A DNA stretch of 62,689 bases, the filler included, from Dugesia japonica (lineage: Eukaryota), in NCBI GenBank assembly GCA_001938525.1. It is 5 parts of 5 records of this genome, joined end to end, with 100 filler letters (N's around TTAATTAATTAA, not from the genome) between each part and the next. Parts side by side here need not be neighbours in the genome. Positions count along the whole stretch, not along the records: positions 24,644 to 32,868 come from MQRL01299662.1; positions 32,969 to 42,799 come from MQRL01636163.1; 3 more parts are not named here. One strand, written 5' to 3'. How positions within the stretch are numbered: position 1 is the stretch's first letter; each line of letters begins with the position of its first letter. The notes below the pieces were generated by a model. The model was not told the origin of the DNA. It worked only from the letters and a program-made list of their open reading frames with translations, and did no database searches. Below are positions 26,581 to 41,170 of the stretch, in pieces. Position numbers and translations under genes: made by a program.

Positions 26581-27769
26581 GAAAAACTACCTTTAAAGTT
26601 ATGGGTTCCATGAATATTTCCTTAATGAAGTAGATTTTGTATAATAATATAATTAAATCGCTTCTAGTTAATCTCTCACTCCAATTTATATTAAATCCCT
26701 TTTTTATTTTCATTTCTTTATTACTAAATTCTGACTTTGTCAAATCATATTCTTCATCCGCTCCTCTGTTCCAAAAGATGGTGTTAAATTTCGATTTAAA
26801 TAAATGCGACCAGTAAAAACCAACACAGCGGTAAAAAAATAATTCGCAATTAGTAAAAGACAAATAAAAAAAAAGTTAAATCTGTCAAAAACAGTAAGAA
26901 AGCAATGAAAAATAAGTCGAACCATAACAGATGAGTTGGCCAGTTAAATGATTTCAAGGGAATTGTCTAGGCAAAAATATAGTTATTGGGTAGAAGTAAG
27001 TAGGTCAGTAAAAATTACTTGACTATTTGAGGTAATGGTCATTTGTTCCAATGTGGCACTATCTAGTTTCTTAGATCTGGTTCTTTTATTCAACCGCTAG
27101 ATAATAATTAAAATGGTGACAATTTCAGATGCAATTTCCAGTGCTAGATTTCTGGTCTTAAAGATTATTAGAAACCTTAGAAAAAGTTGTACAAAATAAG
27201 GTTGCTCTATTAAAAACCATATGATTACAAATAGTCAATAGGATGAGCACCGATGATGCTAATAATTTTAAAAATAAATTAACCAAAACATGAGATATTG
27301 TGTCTTAAATAACAATGAGTCATAGACGGTTGAGTTCCACGTTTATCAGTTTAAGAAAGGCCAATCTTTTGAGATATAATTACAATTTTCGTCTGTATAT
27401 TTGCTGTATTTTAATTTTCTTTTTTTAATCTGTTTCTTTCAGTGGTTAAACACATTTGCAATCAAGATGATTTTCCATGAGTTTTAGTGATAATCCTTGG
27501 AGTTTAATGTGCTTAGTTCGTTGTATTACTTTGATCATGCAGTCTTACAAAATAAAAATAGTTAAAAATAACATGAAATCACAACTCAATTGGTTTAGTA
27601 CTAATTATTCTTTATAGAATCTTTATGAGTATGGGAACTACATGTATGAAACACACCGCGATAAACATGCTGATAAGTTGACCAATGAAACCAATTGTTG
27701 GTCAGTGTATATGTTTTGTTTAAGATATGACAAAATGGGACAAAATCTGAAACACTCAGTGTACTGTAT

Positions 27770-27950
27770 AGCTAAATTGATAATACCTTGAAGAACTAAA
27801 CCTAAAACTTTGAATAATATTTAAGGCAGCGAATCTTAAGAGAAGTTGAAATTCAGGTTCAAAGTGATGAACTCTTTCTTGTAATCGGGATGCACTAATC
27901 AACCACAAGCCAGATTCTGTCGACACTGTTCAATATTGTAATACAAGCGA
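27770..27950 (+). mobile_element. Possible non-LTR reverse transcriptase fragment
   Basis: EVEIQVQSDELF and ILSTLFNIVIQA resemble the LSPxLFNI motif region; short and degenerate. Confidence 0.3.
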
Positions 27951-28819
27951 AATTACTTCAAAATTAGAAAATTCACAAATACCTATTATATTAAAACAAA
28001 TAGTTAATGCATTTCAACAGAATGTTTTTTATTTTGAAAATTTTAACTTAAAGAATATTAAAACTTAAGAATATTTAAAATAATTTTTTCCATAACAAAA
28101 AAATATTTAACAATAAAATAGAAAAATCCATAATTTTATTTTGAATTTTAAAAAAAATTATTACTAAGATTATATAAATGCAAATTACGATTTTTTGAGA
28201 ATAATGAACATATGTTATTTATAAGGCATCTAATATTAAATTGAGAATTAAACATACACTTGATTCAATTTGGATATCTTACAAATTGTTGTCTAATTTG
28301 ATTTTATTAAAATACCTCACTGAAGCCGCAGTAATTCCGTAGTTCATGAAAGCTCAAAATAATTGTATGTGTGAGTGTGTATTTCTGTTTTCTGACCAAA
28401 ATGCATTGTGTGTAAATCAATCTATAATTTGAAAATCGACAAAAAACATCTTAAATTTCTGAACAATAGTTGACTGCATTGTGGTCAGTGATTTTGTTTA
28501 AAAAATAATTTACGAATAAAATTTTTTATTAAATTAGTATTTGTTTTTTGCAACATTGAATAAATAATTTAATAGATGGAGTTCAAATGAAATTTTAAAC
28601 AAATATAATTAATTATTTTAATTTCAGATTTTTTATCTTGATGTTAATCTATATGTAGATATAAATTCCTACGTCTGTTTTTGAATTTTTCTGTAAAAAA
28701 AGCTAATATAAATAATTTCTAAAAATTTTTTTAGCAAAAATAAAAAATATTTCTAATTTGACAAATTTTGAAAATTTCAGAAATAATTTTAATTGTAAAA
28801 AAACGATTTGGTTTTGAAG

Positions 28820-31064
28820 TTCAATAATGATAAAGAGAACCATAAAAATTTTAAAAATCTATTCTCAAGAAAATAGAAGTAGTGTTAAGATAGATTTGTC
28901 TGAAAGGCGAGGATATTCTTTTTTAACTTAAATCCGGACAGCATCTAATGTTACTTCGGAGAAGTGAAGTTTTAATGTCAAGTCATTATTTAAATCTTGA
29001 AATTCTTCTCGAATTTGCAGAGGCAGTGCTTCCGTAGATTTTATTACATTGGTTGGAAAAAGATTTTGAATCTAATCGTATTTTTCCGTATTAATGGAAT
29101 AAAAATATTGATCAAATTTATGCTGAAGCATGCTTAAATGTTCTTGGGCCAGATTCAGAATTAGCTGTTTGCTTTTAATTGTACTATGATTGGTCCATTT
29201 GAACATTTGCAAACATTCTTTTTGCAACTCTTTCTTCCAAAGTTCGAGTTTTTTTCTACCCCTGTAATTTTTCGTAGCTCATCATTATATTTTCATTTTG
29301 ACCTCGCATTTTTTTATTAAGTTCATTCAAATTCTCGAATTTATCAGCCATTTATGCAAGTTTGGCTATTCAGTAATCATCATTGAGGTGTTGGTATAGT
29401 TCGGGCATATTTTGATTTAAAAGAAATTCACGCTTTCGTGACGAAGCGCAAACAATCTAGCCTAAACTTTGCCTCGGGATAGCCAACGAATTTCAGTAAA
29501 AAACAATAAGGATTAATATTCGGATCCCATTTTTGCACAGAGTATTTCAAAGATTCACGAATTTATGGCTCTTGATTTAATTATGTTAACAATTTTAATG
29601 CATTCAGTCATCGTGTTCAAAGGTTCCTTGGGCAACTTATTGACCATCAATGCTTCTCGATGTATGCAGCAGTGTGTAAATTGTAATGTCGGATTTTTTT
29701 TGTTCTACACAAGAGGTAAAACGTTTTTTACTACCCATCATTGCTACAGTCCCATCCGTGCAAACAGCAATGCAGTTGCTCCATTGAATATTATATTTTT
29801 TGAAGATATCATCGATTACTTAAAAGATTTCTTCGCCGATATTTCACTCGGGAACCTCATTACAAAGTAAATAATGTTCTTTAATAAAGTAATCGTCAAC
29901 GAAATTTAAAATAGCTATCAGTTGAGCTTTATTTTTAATATCGGTTGTTTCGTCAATCTGAAGTGAAAATTTTTCAGCTAATAGCAGTTTTCTTATCAAT
30001 GTTCCTAAAATATCGCCTGACATATCGTGAATACGTCTTTTAACAGTATCAGCAGACAATGAAACTTTACTTACTTTCTTAACTTCATTGGGCCCAAGCA
30101 TAAGTCGAACAATTTCCATGCATGCTGATTTAATCAGTGTTTCGCCGATAGAATGTGATTTCTTCTGACGTGCAATTAATTTTGCAACATGGTAGGTAGC
30201 TTCTTAGGCCTTTTCAGACACTATAACTGCTGATTTCATAAATTTCTTCTGTTTTTTATTTTGTTCTAAGTGGTTCTTAAAATATTGTGTCTCTTCGTTC
30301 GCATAGCTGAGATGGTTTGAATTTAGATGGCAATTTAATTTACTCGGTAACATTACCTCGTTTGATAGCTGTTTGCCGCAAATGACGCACAATGGCTTTG
30401 GAGCCGTTTCGTCACCACATTATTAAAAACCATATTTAATATAGTCTTTGTCGTAATTTCCTTTCACTAGCTTCTTTGGTTTTTTTACAACACTTGTGCT
30501 GGGTGCTTCATCATCTTTACTTGAAGTTTGATCTTTTCCATGTAAAAATTTATTCATTTTTAAAGGGGTATAAAAATAATATATTGACACGAGTATATAT
30601 ATATATTACATGAAGAACGCTAACCAACCGAAATTAAGAGTAATTATCGTTAATGGTAGAAACTTGTTTAAGTAAATTTGTTATATTAAAATAGTGACAT
30701 TAATAGCGGAAGTAATAGGTCACGATAGTAATAGCCGAAGGTCGAACGTGATGTAACACGTGTAAATGCAGTTTTGCGCACGGGCATGAGTCTTCGGCCA
30801 CGCACATAAGGGTCATTTTTCTTTGTATATGAATAAATCTATTTGACCACGGTGTGTACAAAGCACACTATGCAGTTTTCAGCAGTTAGCATCAGGTGTT
30901 GGGACCATTGACAAATTAGTTAGCTATAATTATTGTATAGAATCTAGTATAGATTATATTTTAAAAAATAAACAATATTTGAAAAATTATAAAATGTCAA
31001 ATACAATCTATTTCACCGTGACACACCTGAATTTGGCTCACGGTACACTGGTTGCGGAGCACTG
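28820..31064 (-). mobile_element. Decayed Buster-type hAT transposon (ZBED5/SCAND3-like transposase)
   Basis: BED finger CVICGKQLSNEVMLPSKLNCHL, SLSADTVKRRIHDMS, FSLQIDETTDI, VCTDG, THCCIHREAL and EIRWLSRG. Terminus CAGTGCTCCGCAACCAGTGTACCGTG on minus at 31064. Confidence 0.9.
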
Positions 31065-31929
31065 TCTTAAACGATTACACACTTGCGTGAATGGATTCTA
31101 GCTTGGTATAAATAACAAAATGAAGAATCTATAAAAATAACTTTCATTTGCTATGTTATATGTCTTTAAAAAGATTTTTTCTAGATTAATAATTTACATC
31201 AGCTCCTGAAGAATGTTTTTGAAGAAAAACTTGATGCAGCAACTTGGATAGAGAAGTTTTCAATAATAGAGGCATATAGAAATAATAACTTTGACAATGC
31301 TGGTGAGAAAACCTTGTATTGGCCTGAAAATTATCATTATTATCAGATGAATTATTACTTAAAAAAGGATATAGAACGAGAAGCCATGTGTAATTTTTTG
31401 CCATTGCTTTTTAAAACTACACGAAATTTAATAAAAATTTTGAAGTGGTTCTTGAGTGCAATTAAGTATCAAGAGTCAGTGCAACAATACTGGAAAATGT
31501 TAATATGTAAGAAACTTTTTAACTTTTTTTAAAAAAGCACCATTATTCGAATTCCTTTATTTTTGTTGATTATTTAACTGAATTTTTCTCGATGAAAAAT
31601 TATTTAATACAGTGAAATCAGGAATCCATTTATTATTTTTAATCTGAGCATTTATTTTTGCAGCCATGAGATAGATAATCAAAAATATGAAAAAAACAAA
31701 GATTGAAAGAAATAAAAGAAGTGAAAGAAGCAGTAGCCGACCATTCCAAGACATACTGACACAGATGTACGCGATAGTCGACAGAAACGACTGATCATTT
31801 TATTATGAAACACTAGCAAGCAGAACGTGGAATTTAAAGAAACATTTTGAAACTAACCATTAACAGCTCTTGGATCAAATATTGATGAAAGGAAGTAATA
31901 AATTTCTGGGTAGCTACACCTCATTAAAA

Positions 31930-32120
31930 GTCAATCAAATTCCTTCTTTAAATTTGTAAAACGCGTTAGAAATTTGGTATTAGCAAGTTACCGTATTGAC
32001 TACTCCATAGATCAGCATGGAAAAGCCCTCAGTGACGGAGAATTTATCAAAGAGAACTTTTTCAGATAAGCAACAGCTCTATTTTATGATATTAAAAATA
32101 AAGATGATATTATTAAAATA
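31930..32120 (+). mobile_element. SPIN-like hAT transposase fragment
   Basis: ASYRIDYSIDQHGKALSDGEFIKENF..KNKDDII, homologous to the 4803-5155 ORFs. Confidence 0.6.
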
Positions 32121-33225
32121 ATGAAGAAGACAAAGTCAAAATATAGAATTATTATCAAAAACAAAAATAACAAATTTTGATCGAAGCTTCTATTTCAATG
32201 AATTTTAAAATTAAAGCTGCAATCAAATTTATTTTTCGTTTTTTTTGTTTTTTTTCATTAAAATATTAATAAAAACGTAAGATAAAATTTTTACAAATCG
32301 ATCAACCCAAAAATTTATAATCATACAAAATAAATTATTTAGGCAAAGTTATTTTTATTTCTATTATTCATTTAGTATTAAAATAATTATATTAAAGGAG
32401 AAATTACTGTTTTATAACTATTTGTTAATTATTAATTCATTAAATTAACAATAAAATTTTAATATTTCTTAATGTTTATAATTATCGTATTTTAAGGTCT
32501 GACAAACATTTTCAACAAACCAAACTTGTATTCATTAATATATGTAAAATACTAAGTTAAAATTATTAAAATTTCTCATTTATGTTTGATAATTTAGAAA
32601 AGATTTGCTTTTCTTGATTCTAGACACGATTAAATCTGATTTCTTTGATATTAGATTTTATTTATTAGCGTTTTCTTAATTAAATGTATTTATAAACTTC
32701 GTTTCTTTTATTTAGTTAATTTAATTATTTTTTCTTTATTTATTTATCTTTATTAATTTTTGCTACTAAATTTTCTAAGTAACTTAATTGTTTCTATATT
32801 ATTGTTGGGGTCATGGGTGATATGGCTCAAAAAATATATCACGCACAACCCTCAAACTGGGATTTAAANNNNNNNNNNNNNNNNNNNNNNNNNNNNNNNN
32901 NNNNNNNNNNNNTTAATTAATTAANNNNNNNNNNNNNNNNNNNNNNNNNNNNNNNNNNNNNNNNNNNNACAACTCAAGTGTTAATTTTTATGGAAACGAA
33001 TAACAAAATAAAAGATTCTGAGGAAACTACTTACAGTAATCACTTGTATTTATCTTATCAAACATGTTTTGTAATAGTGAAATAAATGATGTCTAAAAAT
33101 ATTAGTTGTGATTTGGAATTATTTGATTGAACTAATTGTTGTTATTTATGTTAAGCCTTTTTCTAAAATATTCAGGTAAAATTTTCTGATATTTCTAAGA
33201 ATATGTTCTTTCATATATCTGTAGA

Positions 33226-34075
33226 TGGAAAAGTATATACCAAAAAGGCATCATTTGCGCGAAGTTATACTGTTCCACTTTAACATGAAAAATCTGCCGA
33301 AAAACCTCTCAGAATGCAGTGAAGGCTTACGGCGATAATGCTCAATCAAAAGAAACTTGTAAAAGATGGTTTGAACACTTTAGAAGGGATGATTTTTTGG
33401 TGGAAGATAAAAAGCGTCCTGGGCAAAAGAAACGGTTTGAAGCATTGGTGGATGAAGATGAGTGTGAAAGATGCAAGGTCACAAGTAAAAATTTGCTTGT
33501 TCGACAAAAAAGGAAAGGTTTTAAGAATCAAATTGTTACAGGTGACAAAAATCAATTTATTTCAACAACTCTAAATACAGAAAAACAATTTGCAACCCTG
33601 GCCAGCCCTCCAAAACTACACCAAAGAGAAACAACCATGAGTAGAAGACTCTGCTATTCATCTGGTGACATCATAAGGAACCATCATGAGCTGTTAAAAC
33701 TTGTTCAAACAGTTACAGAGTATTGGATAAGGCAACATAAAGTCATTTTGCTGCATGACAACGCTCGGCCACACGTCACGAAAGGAGTCCAGGAAAGTTA
33801 AAGGAGCTTCGATGGAAAGTGCTACTTCATGCTGCTTATTCACCCTCCTGACTACTATCTGTTTCGGTCTATAGCACACTCACTTACCAATCAGCACTTT
33901 AAATCCTTCGAAGAGATTGAAGAATGGGTCTTGGAATTCATCAGCTCCTACAAAGGTGGGATAAATTTATTGCTAACGATGGCTATTACTTTATTTAAAT
34001 ATAAACCAAAAGAAGATGCATTAATAAAAGACAGAAAATTGTAAAAAGGCTCACTTTCAAGGCACATATCTAATA
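33226..34075 (+). mobile_element. Decayed Mos1-like mariner in an NF1 intron
   Basis: ETCKRWFEHFRRDDF, IVTGDK, KVILLHDNARPHV and PPDYYLFRSIAHSL. Confidence 0.88.
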
Positions 34076-34278
34076 TATTACGAAAAAATATGAAAGGTGT
34101 AATGAAGAAAATTAAGTTTTGTAATTTTAAAATCTTCAGTATTTTTACTTTTCATAATTGTAGAATACAAATTGAATTGCATGAAATATAATAATTTACC
34201 TTTGAAAATCTTTTTAAATAAATAATCCATGAAAATTTGAAGAAATTAATTTTCCTCTAATGAAACATTCAAACTAAC

Positions 34279-37200
34279 TTTGCAAAAAGTTGAGACTTAG
34301 CTTCCATCATATCCCCTCTATCAGTATCTTCTGGTTGCAAAGGTAATCCCTCTAATAAAGCAGCCACAGCAGTCATACAAGCTTGGTCGAGATCTCTGGC
34401 TCCATTGTTAATTAAATGATGCTCTGAAAGATTCATGTGATGACTGCTGCCCATAACCCAATCACATAAGTAGTCAACCAATTTATTACGAAACCTCATT
34501 TCCTAATGAAAATTTAATATATTTTATGTTTTATAATATTTATATATAAAATTTTGTAATCTTAAATTCATATCTATATTAAGATGAATACGAATAAATG
34601 TTCATTTTGCAGGAAATGATAGATCTTTGTTGTAACTTATGGGAAAAGAGTATTAGTGATCATATTAAAATTGATTAAGTTTACCTTGTGTGAATTGATG
34701 ACCTTTGTAATGGATAATGTTTCGTTTTTGTTTAACAATACATAGTATAAACAGGTAGATAATATGTTAAAATGAAGTTTTATTTTAAATGGCGTTATTA
34801 GAAGTATCTAATATACTTTTTTACTAATATAAATATTCTGAATAATTTTTAAAAATATTTCAAAAATAATTTTAATATAATACAATATAATATGTACCAA
34901 ATTATTTAAATTAAATTAAAACATTTTCTGAGATATGTATCATCTATGAATTACTTTTACATATTATATGTAAATGATGTGGTTAGATGAGCTTGTGGCA
35001 CTCATCGAAGATTTTAGAAAACAACCGTCTTTCCCGATTAGTTTTCGCGCGCAAATTAATCGAATAATATGTGCACTGTGCAAACAAATCAAATAATCTG
35101 TGCTCGCAAATTATTCAAATTTTCAATGGAAACTTTTTTTAAATTTTCTTAAATAATTTGTAATACAAAGAAAATAAAGACTTATATTATACAACTTTCA
35201 TCAAATATTAAATATTTTGGAAGAAAAAGGGAAATATGTTATTGAATATTAATAATAAAATAATATGNNNNNNNNNNNNNNNNNNNNNNNNNNNNNNNNN
35301 NNNNNNNNNNNNNNNNNNNNNNNNNNNNNNNNNNNNNNNNNNNNNNNNNNNNNNNNNNNNNNNNNNNNNNNNNNNNNNNNNNNNNNNNNNNNNNNNNNNN
35401 NNNNNNNNNNNNNNNNNNNNNNNNNNNNNNNNNNNNNNNNNNNNNNNNNNNNNNNNNNNNNNNNNNNNNNNNNNNNNNNNNNNNATTGAGATCCTGCTTT
35501 TCTGACCATGTCGATATCAATAAATGGAAGAATCAATTTGAAGATCAAACAAATTAAAATGAGAATTGTTTTGATACGAATAGATATGTTTGGAAAGTGT
35601 GCACTGAGTGAATTATTATGGAAGACAATTTAAGAGACATTAAAAATCCATCAAAAATTGATAATTGGAAAGGCACATTAGTTGAAGAATTCTTAAATTA
35701 TTTGATAAGATCTGATTTGTTAAAAAACATTGCTGGACGACGATGAGAAACAACCAATTTTGGCTGAAAAATGACTGAGATCAGAATGTAGTTGTATGTT
35801 TTAGCAAAAATATTGTAAGTTAATATCGACTTAATTGTTCTCGATGGAGTGGAAAAATTTTGTTTGATTGTGGAAGTCACAGCAATGATGATAGTTTATC
35901 TTTAAACTTTTGATGGTCTGTTTCCTTACAGAGATAATTGCAAATTTATTTTTAAATGTGAAAATTAATTTTTTTCAAGAATCATGTGATTTTAAGAAAG
36001 ACAAAAACTTTTTTGAATATGTACAGTGTTTATGCGCACAAATTATTCGAATAATTATACCAAACTTTTTATTTATAAGAAAATTGGCTCTAACAGAAAT
36101 ATTTGCGTGCGTAAACTAATCGGGGAACAATAAAACAGAAATAAAATTAAAATAACAATATAATTTTGTTTTTTAAACAAATTTAAAAATTCATACTTGA
36201 AACTATTAAAAATCATTTATTAATTTATTATAAAAATTTATTTAAAATATTTTACAATTGCAATTATTGCGAGAATAATTGTTGTACGTAACCATTGATC
36301 GTTTTTTATAATTCATTTAAAATAATCGTAAAATTTTACAGTATAATAAACAGACATTATTTAAACATCAAAATATTTAATAATTAAAATTTATTCATTT
36401 GTCTTTTAAAACTGTTTAATTTCAAAGACTTATTAATAAATTAAAAAAAGTAATTTCAATGATAAATAATTTTTAACTTATACAATAATAGATTTAATAT
36501 TTTTAAGATACATTTTATGATTACAAAAAACAAACTTGTCTAAACGTTAAATCATCTCGTCTTGCCATGACTTTCTGAACGAGTTCACACACTTTGATTT
36601 TTGTTTGAGATGCATGTGGACCTTCTAAGTGACGAACATAACTATAGAAAAATATATTAATAAATCAACGTAAGGAAATGTGGAAATTCTAACCGAACAA
36701 TGTTCAACATTAAATGCTCTATACTAACAGCTCCAAGATGTTCATTAGGTTTATCCAATTTAGCTCCTTTATCAAGGATATTTCGTAAGATGAAAATAAC
36801 GTTGTCAACAAACAATGTATTTGAATCTGTAACCTGAACCTGTTGTTGACAGCCTTGACCGGAAAATCTGCGATCCATGTGAACTCTTAACTGTTCAAAT
36901 AGAACGGGGTAAATAACTGGATTCAATTCGTATCCCATGGCTTCTTTTACATATTTCTGAATTTGATGCCCAAACTTCTCGTTATTATTCGTCAGCAAAT
37001 TGAGAAGTTTACCAATAAATCTAAAAAATTGAAATAATAAATACATAATAAAATTAATTTTAGATCAAGCATAGTAAAAATATACAAAACATGCAGTTAA
37101 TATCAAGCCTAAGAAAAGCAAGCATTAAATAACTTAAGTCATTGAAGGAGCCTAATAGCATCACCATCAGCCTCACTAAAAATCTTCGTCGTTTAATCAC

Positions 37201-37825
37201 TCACTCTATAAAAGAAGGCGCCACTTCTGAGCTGTAAATCATTGATTCAGACGAGCTACTTTTGTCAGTTAATTTCTCACAACGTTTCGATTCAATACTT
37301 TTTTGTCTTTGGAGAATATTGCGTTTGGTTTTTTTCGGATTCAACAATAATGGACTGACAGATTTTTTCTTTTTATTTGATGATAAAATACTGGATACAT
37401 ACTTTAAAGTATTATCAACATTTTCAATTTTAAAAGAAGTCGACTTCGGATGGAATGGTGGAATAAAGTTTATTTTCCAATTATCCGTAGAAAATTTCAG
37501 ATTTTCATTGGTCGAATCAGTATTTAGGGTATTTTTTGAGCAAAGAGAATCACTACTGAATGAACGAACAGAAGAAAGAGAAGATTGACAATGTAGAGAA
37601 TTTGTAAATACATGTAATCGTGGCAAATGAGTTAGTACATCATCCATTTCTTTATTGAGTTCAGTATTTGAAATGCTGATGTTGTCATCATTGTTTGGTA
37701 TTGAGAATTCACCATTGATTTTATCAACACAACTTAGAGGTCGAATAATAAAATCATTTGTTGTATAGTTGCTAAGCCTTCGAGATCTGACAGGTTCACA
37801 ACCATCAAAAGTTACATCGTTAGTT
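34279..37825 (-). CDS. NF1: Neurofibromin (NF1), internal exons upstream of the GAP-related domain
   Basis: Exons on minus: 37825-37205 (Ser-rich, less certain), 37020-36694, 36641-36536 and 34502-34279, all with GT-AG junctions in phase. They encode ELNPVIYPVLFEQL, SIEHLMLNIVRYVR, KIKVCELVQKVMARRDDLTFRQEMRFRNKLVDYLCDWVMG, RDLDQACM, GLPLQPE and MEAKSQLF. Confidence 0.93.
35025..36130. mobile_element. Non-autonomous pogo/Tigger-like DNA transposon in an NF1 intron
   Basis: Inverted ends (ccgtct)ttcccgattagttttcgcgcgcaaat / atttgcgtgcgtaaactaatcgggga. Confidence 0.6.
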
Positions 37826-39719
37826 CTAAACAAGCACAATTACCAGTGGTTTGATTCTGTTTATGTAAACATTATAAATACAATCAAATGCGAATTTATC
37901 AAAATGTAGTTTTTCAACAAACTTTTCTTTATTTTACTTATTTTTACTGTTCAATGTTTAAACCTTTTCAAAATACATTTTTGTCAAGCTTACCGTATTA
38001 TCAATAATCTTTCTCGCGAATAATGATCTAAATCTGCAATGATCCTAAACCGAATAAGTACTAGATGAAAGCGAAAAATTTATTGAGATTAAGAAAGATT
38101 TTTTGTTTTAATCACCTGTGTATATTTAAGATTTTAACTTTCATTTAATAAAAAATTATTCTGATAACAAGTCGATTATCACTGAAAAAAAATACTTAAT
38201 TATAAAAGCTAAAATTATAAAAATAAAAATCTTCAAAGAAATATATTTTGAAGACCGACATTCTCTCTTACTGAATATTTCGCAATTTTTAATTGACTGT
38301 AAATAGCTTTGAGAAAAAGGTAATTTATTTATATAGTTTCTGAATATGAAAAGAAATGAAAAAATACTCAAATAAAAAATGATTTATTAATAGATTTAAA
38401 AATCTCCAAACAACCAATCAGAATTCATCGTTTTCTTTTTCTATGCTTTAAAATTATTAATTAACGATTATTTTTAAAAAGTCATATATTTTAATTCATA
38501 TTACTGTCATAAAATATATAAACATTTAATTATGTCATTAAATACCTCCTTTAATCATTTTGTAACCACTCAATATTTAATGAATGAACGAATGAGTGGT
38601 TCTGACATTTAATATTTTTGTATCAACCGGTATAATTGATAAAAATATAAACGAATTGAATTATTTGGATTTGTAGCACATAAAACCGGTTATTTATGAC
38701 TGGTGCAAATTTGNAATTAAAATTAAAAAANATTTAATCAATAAAAAAGTTTTGAAATTGTACATGACTGACCATAAAGTCAAAGCAATTTTTTTATAAA
38801 CAGTACAGAAAAATCTAATAAAATGCAATCAGTAAGAATTAAGAATTCTGGTGCATATTTAATGTAGAAATTTAAAATCAATCGAATACTTGATGAATTA
38901 TTAATCAATTTGATATTATTAATCACGAATCTATTTTTCCCAATATATGTGCCGGTCACTTCCAAAATCGATTAGCGACATAATACAGAAAGTGGAGAAA
39001 AATAAAATAATACTTTGCTTTTTAAAATATAAATTCAAATAAAAATTAATTGTTAGGGAAACGTATTAGGAATATATAGTGGTTTGATACTAAAATAATT
39101 CAAAGTGAAGTTGGCTTGTGAATGGTTCATACAGAAAAACCTGTGCATTTCATTAATATATTGAAGTGTATCGATTACTATAAGATTTAGTTGTAATATT
39201 AAATTAATAATAATACTAATTAGACGTCAATGACATATAATTATTACATAATTAATACATAATTACTTATCAATCATAACGAAAAAAATTAATGTTAATT
39301 TAATTGAATATTTTCATGTTTTTTATTTTTTAAAAAACCGCTAAACTATTCGTATTTGTTTCAAATTAATCCAGAAAATAGAAAGTCATACCAAATTAAA
39401 AAATAGTAAAACACGTAAATATATTCAAATCTATACATTAAAATATTTTGATGTCTAAAAACAATTCAAATAAAAGTTTAAGTAATGTAACAAAATGCAA
39501 TCAAAACTAATCTATTGATGTAAAATTAAATACTAAGCGGGTTTACATATCTTTTATAATTGAGTGCTTTTAACTTTTATAAAAAAGAAGTTTTGATTCG
39601 AATTTTNNNNNNNNNNNNNNNNNNNNNNNNNNNNNNNNNNNNNNNNNNNNNNNNNNNNNNNNNNNNNNNNNNNNNNNNNNNNNNNNNNNNTTTAATAAAT
39701 ATAAAATTTAATTATTAAT

Positions 39720-40800
39720 TGATCATTTTCTTAAATTATGTTTCCAAAATGTTGATGAAATTCATAATTTTTTAGAAACTAATGAATGTCATGTCAACCT
39801 TTCAGACCAAATTCCATTGCGCACTACCATGTCTTAGAGAATTACACTTACCAACAAAAGCAGTAGAATATTAACTCTACTAACCATGTATATAAAGACA
39901 ATTATTATAACAGTGTTTCTACAGTTGGTTTGTTAAAAGAAAACACTTGTTTGTGGTACTATGCTGAAGAACCGTGGATTGCAAAAGGCACTAATAGAAA
40001 ATTCAAACAATCTTCAGAGAGGGGAAATAACTTTTATACGGAAGGGACCACTTCTTATCACATGGAAAGATAAATGGTTAGTTGGAATGATATCAACCAT
40101 TCATGATGTGTCTATGAAATCAACTGGAAAGCGAAAAANAAATTCTATGGATGATATAATTAAACTTACGCGCATAATAAAATACAACTATCACATGAAA
40201 GGAGTCCATTGTGCAGACTAATAATTAGCAAACAACTGTATCTTTTGAAAAAAGTATAACGTGGTCTAACAAAGTAGCCTTTTTACTGATCAACTATACT
40301 TTGTAAAATGCACTCAAAATTTACAGTAACTACAGGTCACAAAATAAATTAAGATACAAAAAATGTCAACGAAAAGTAGCTAAGGAATGAATAACTGTAG
40401 ATTGTAATGATTGCAGCACAATACCTGGTACTCCGTATTTCTAAAAGGCCTCCATACAATGATTCACCTTTTAAACTATCGGGACAACTAAAATACAACG
40501 TTTTAGAAACAATAGTCACTGGCGTAATAAAATCCAAGTATAACATGTAGAATGTTCTCTTCAAAAGGAAAGTGCAGTGAAGCGAGACATATTTCCAAAA
40601 CATGTTTTGTAACGTTACTATACAGTTAATCATATTAAAAAAATATTAAAGTTTTAAAAGATATGTTCAAAGTTTGATTTTAATTCATTATGTATAAATA
40701 CATTTTATTTAGATTGTTTTACTTCCATATTAAATTACGAAATAATAGCTGGTGACATGACATAGTTTCTGTGTAAACTGGCCGGTGAACAATGTGTTAA
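39720..40800 (+). mobile_element. Decayed piggyBac transposase, 3' part
   Basis: CGTMLKNRG, WKDKWLVGMISTIHD and YNYHMKGVHCAD (cf. YNxxMGGVDxxD); ends in TTAA at 40797-40800. Confidence 0.85.
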
Positions 40801-41029
40801 GAAACCAATTCATATTAACGTGTTTGCGTAATTTTAATATGAAAGTTAACATTGTCGCTTATTATAATCAAGTTTATTCATATCACAGCAGATGAATAAA
40901 CTGCTTCTATTTAGGAATATTAATTTTTCCCCATCCACAATTATAGCAATAAGTCACTGGAAAAGTAACAATAAATAAACGTTAATAAAAAATCTCCAGC
41001 AGCTCAAATGGACAATTTAAGAAAGTAAA

Positions 41030-41170
41030 TGAGGTAACTACTATCTATATATTTATACGAAATGGAATTTTTGTCAATTTTGAACATAAAACAAGAAATA
41101 GCCTAAATTCAAATGATGAATTACACGTAGCTCTTTCAAAATACAACAATCTAGTTATTAGAAATAGAAG
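41030..41170 (+). mobile_element. hAT transposase C-terminal dimerisation-domain remnant
   Basis: MEFLSILNIK..RNSLNSNDELHVALSK resembles the hATC tail. Confidence 0.45.

Noticed and set aside
35236-35548. ORFs spanning N runs (also 10924-11131 and 52387-52584)
   Set aside because: Artefacts of assembly gaps.
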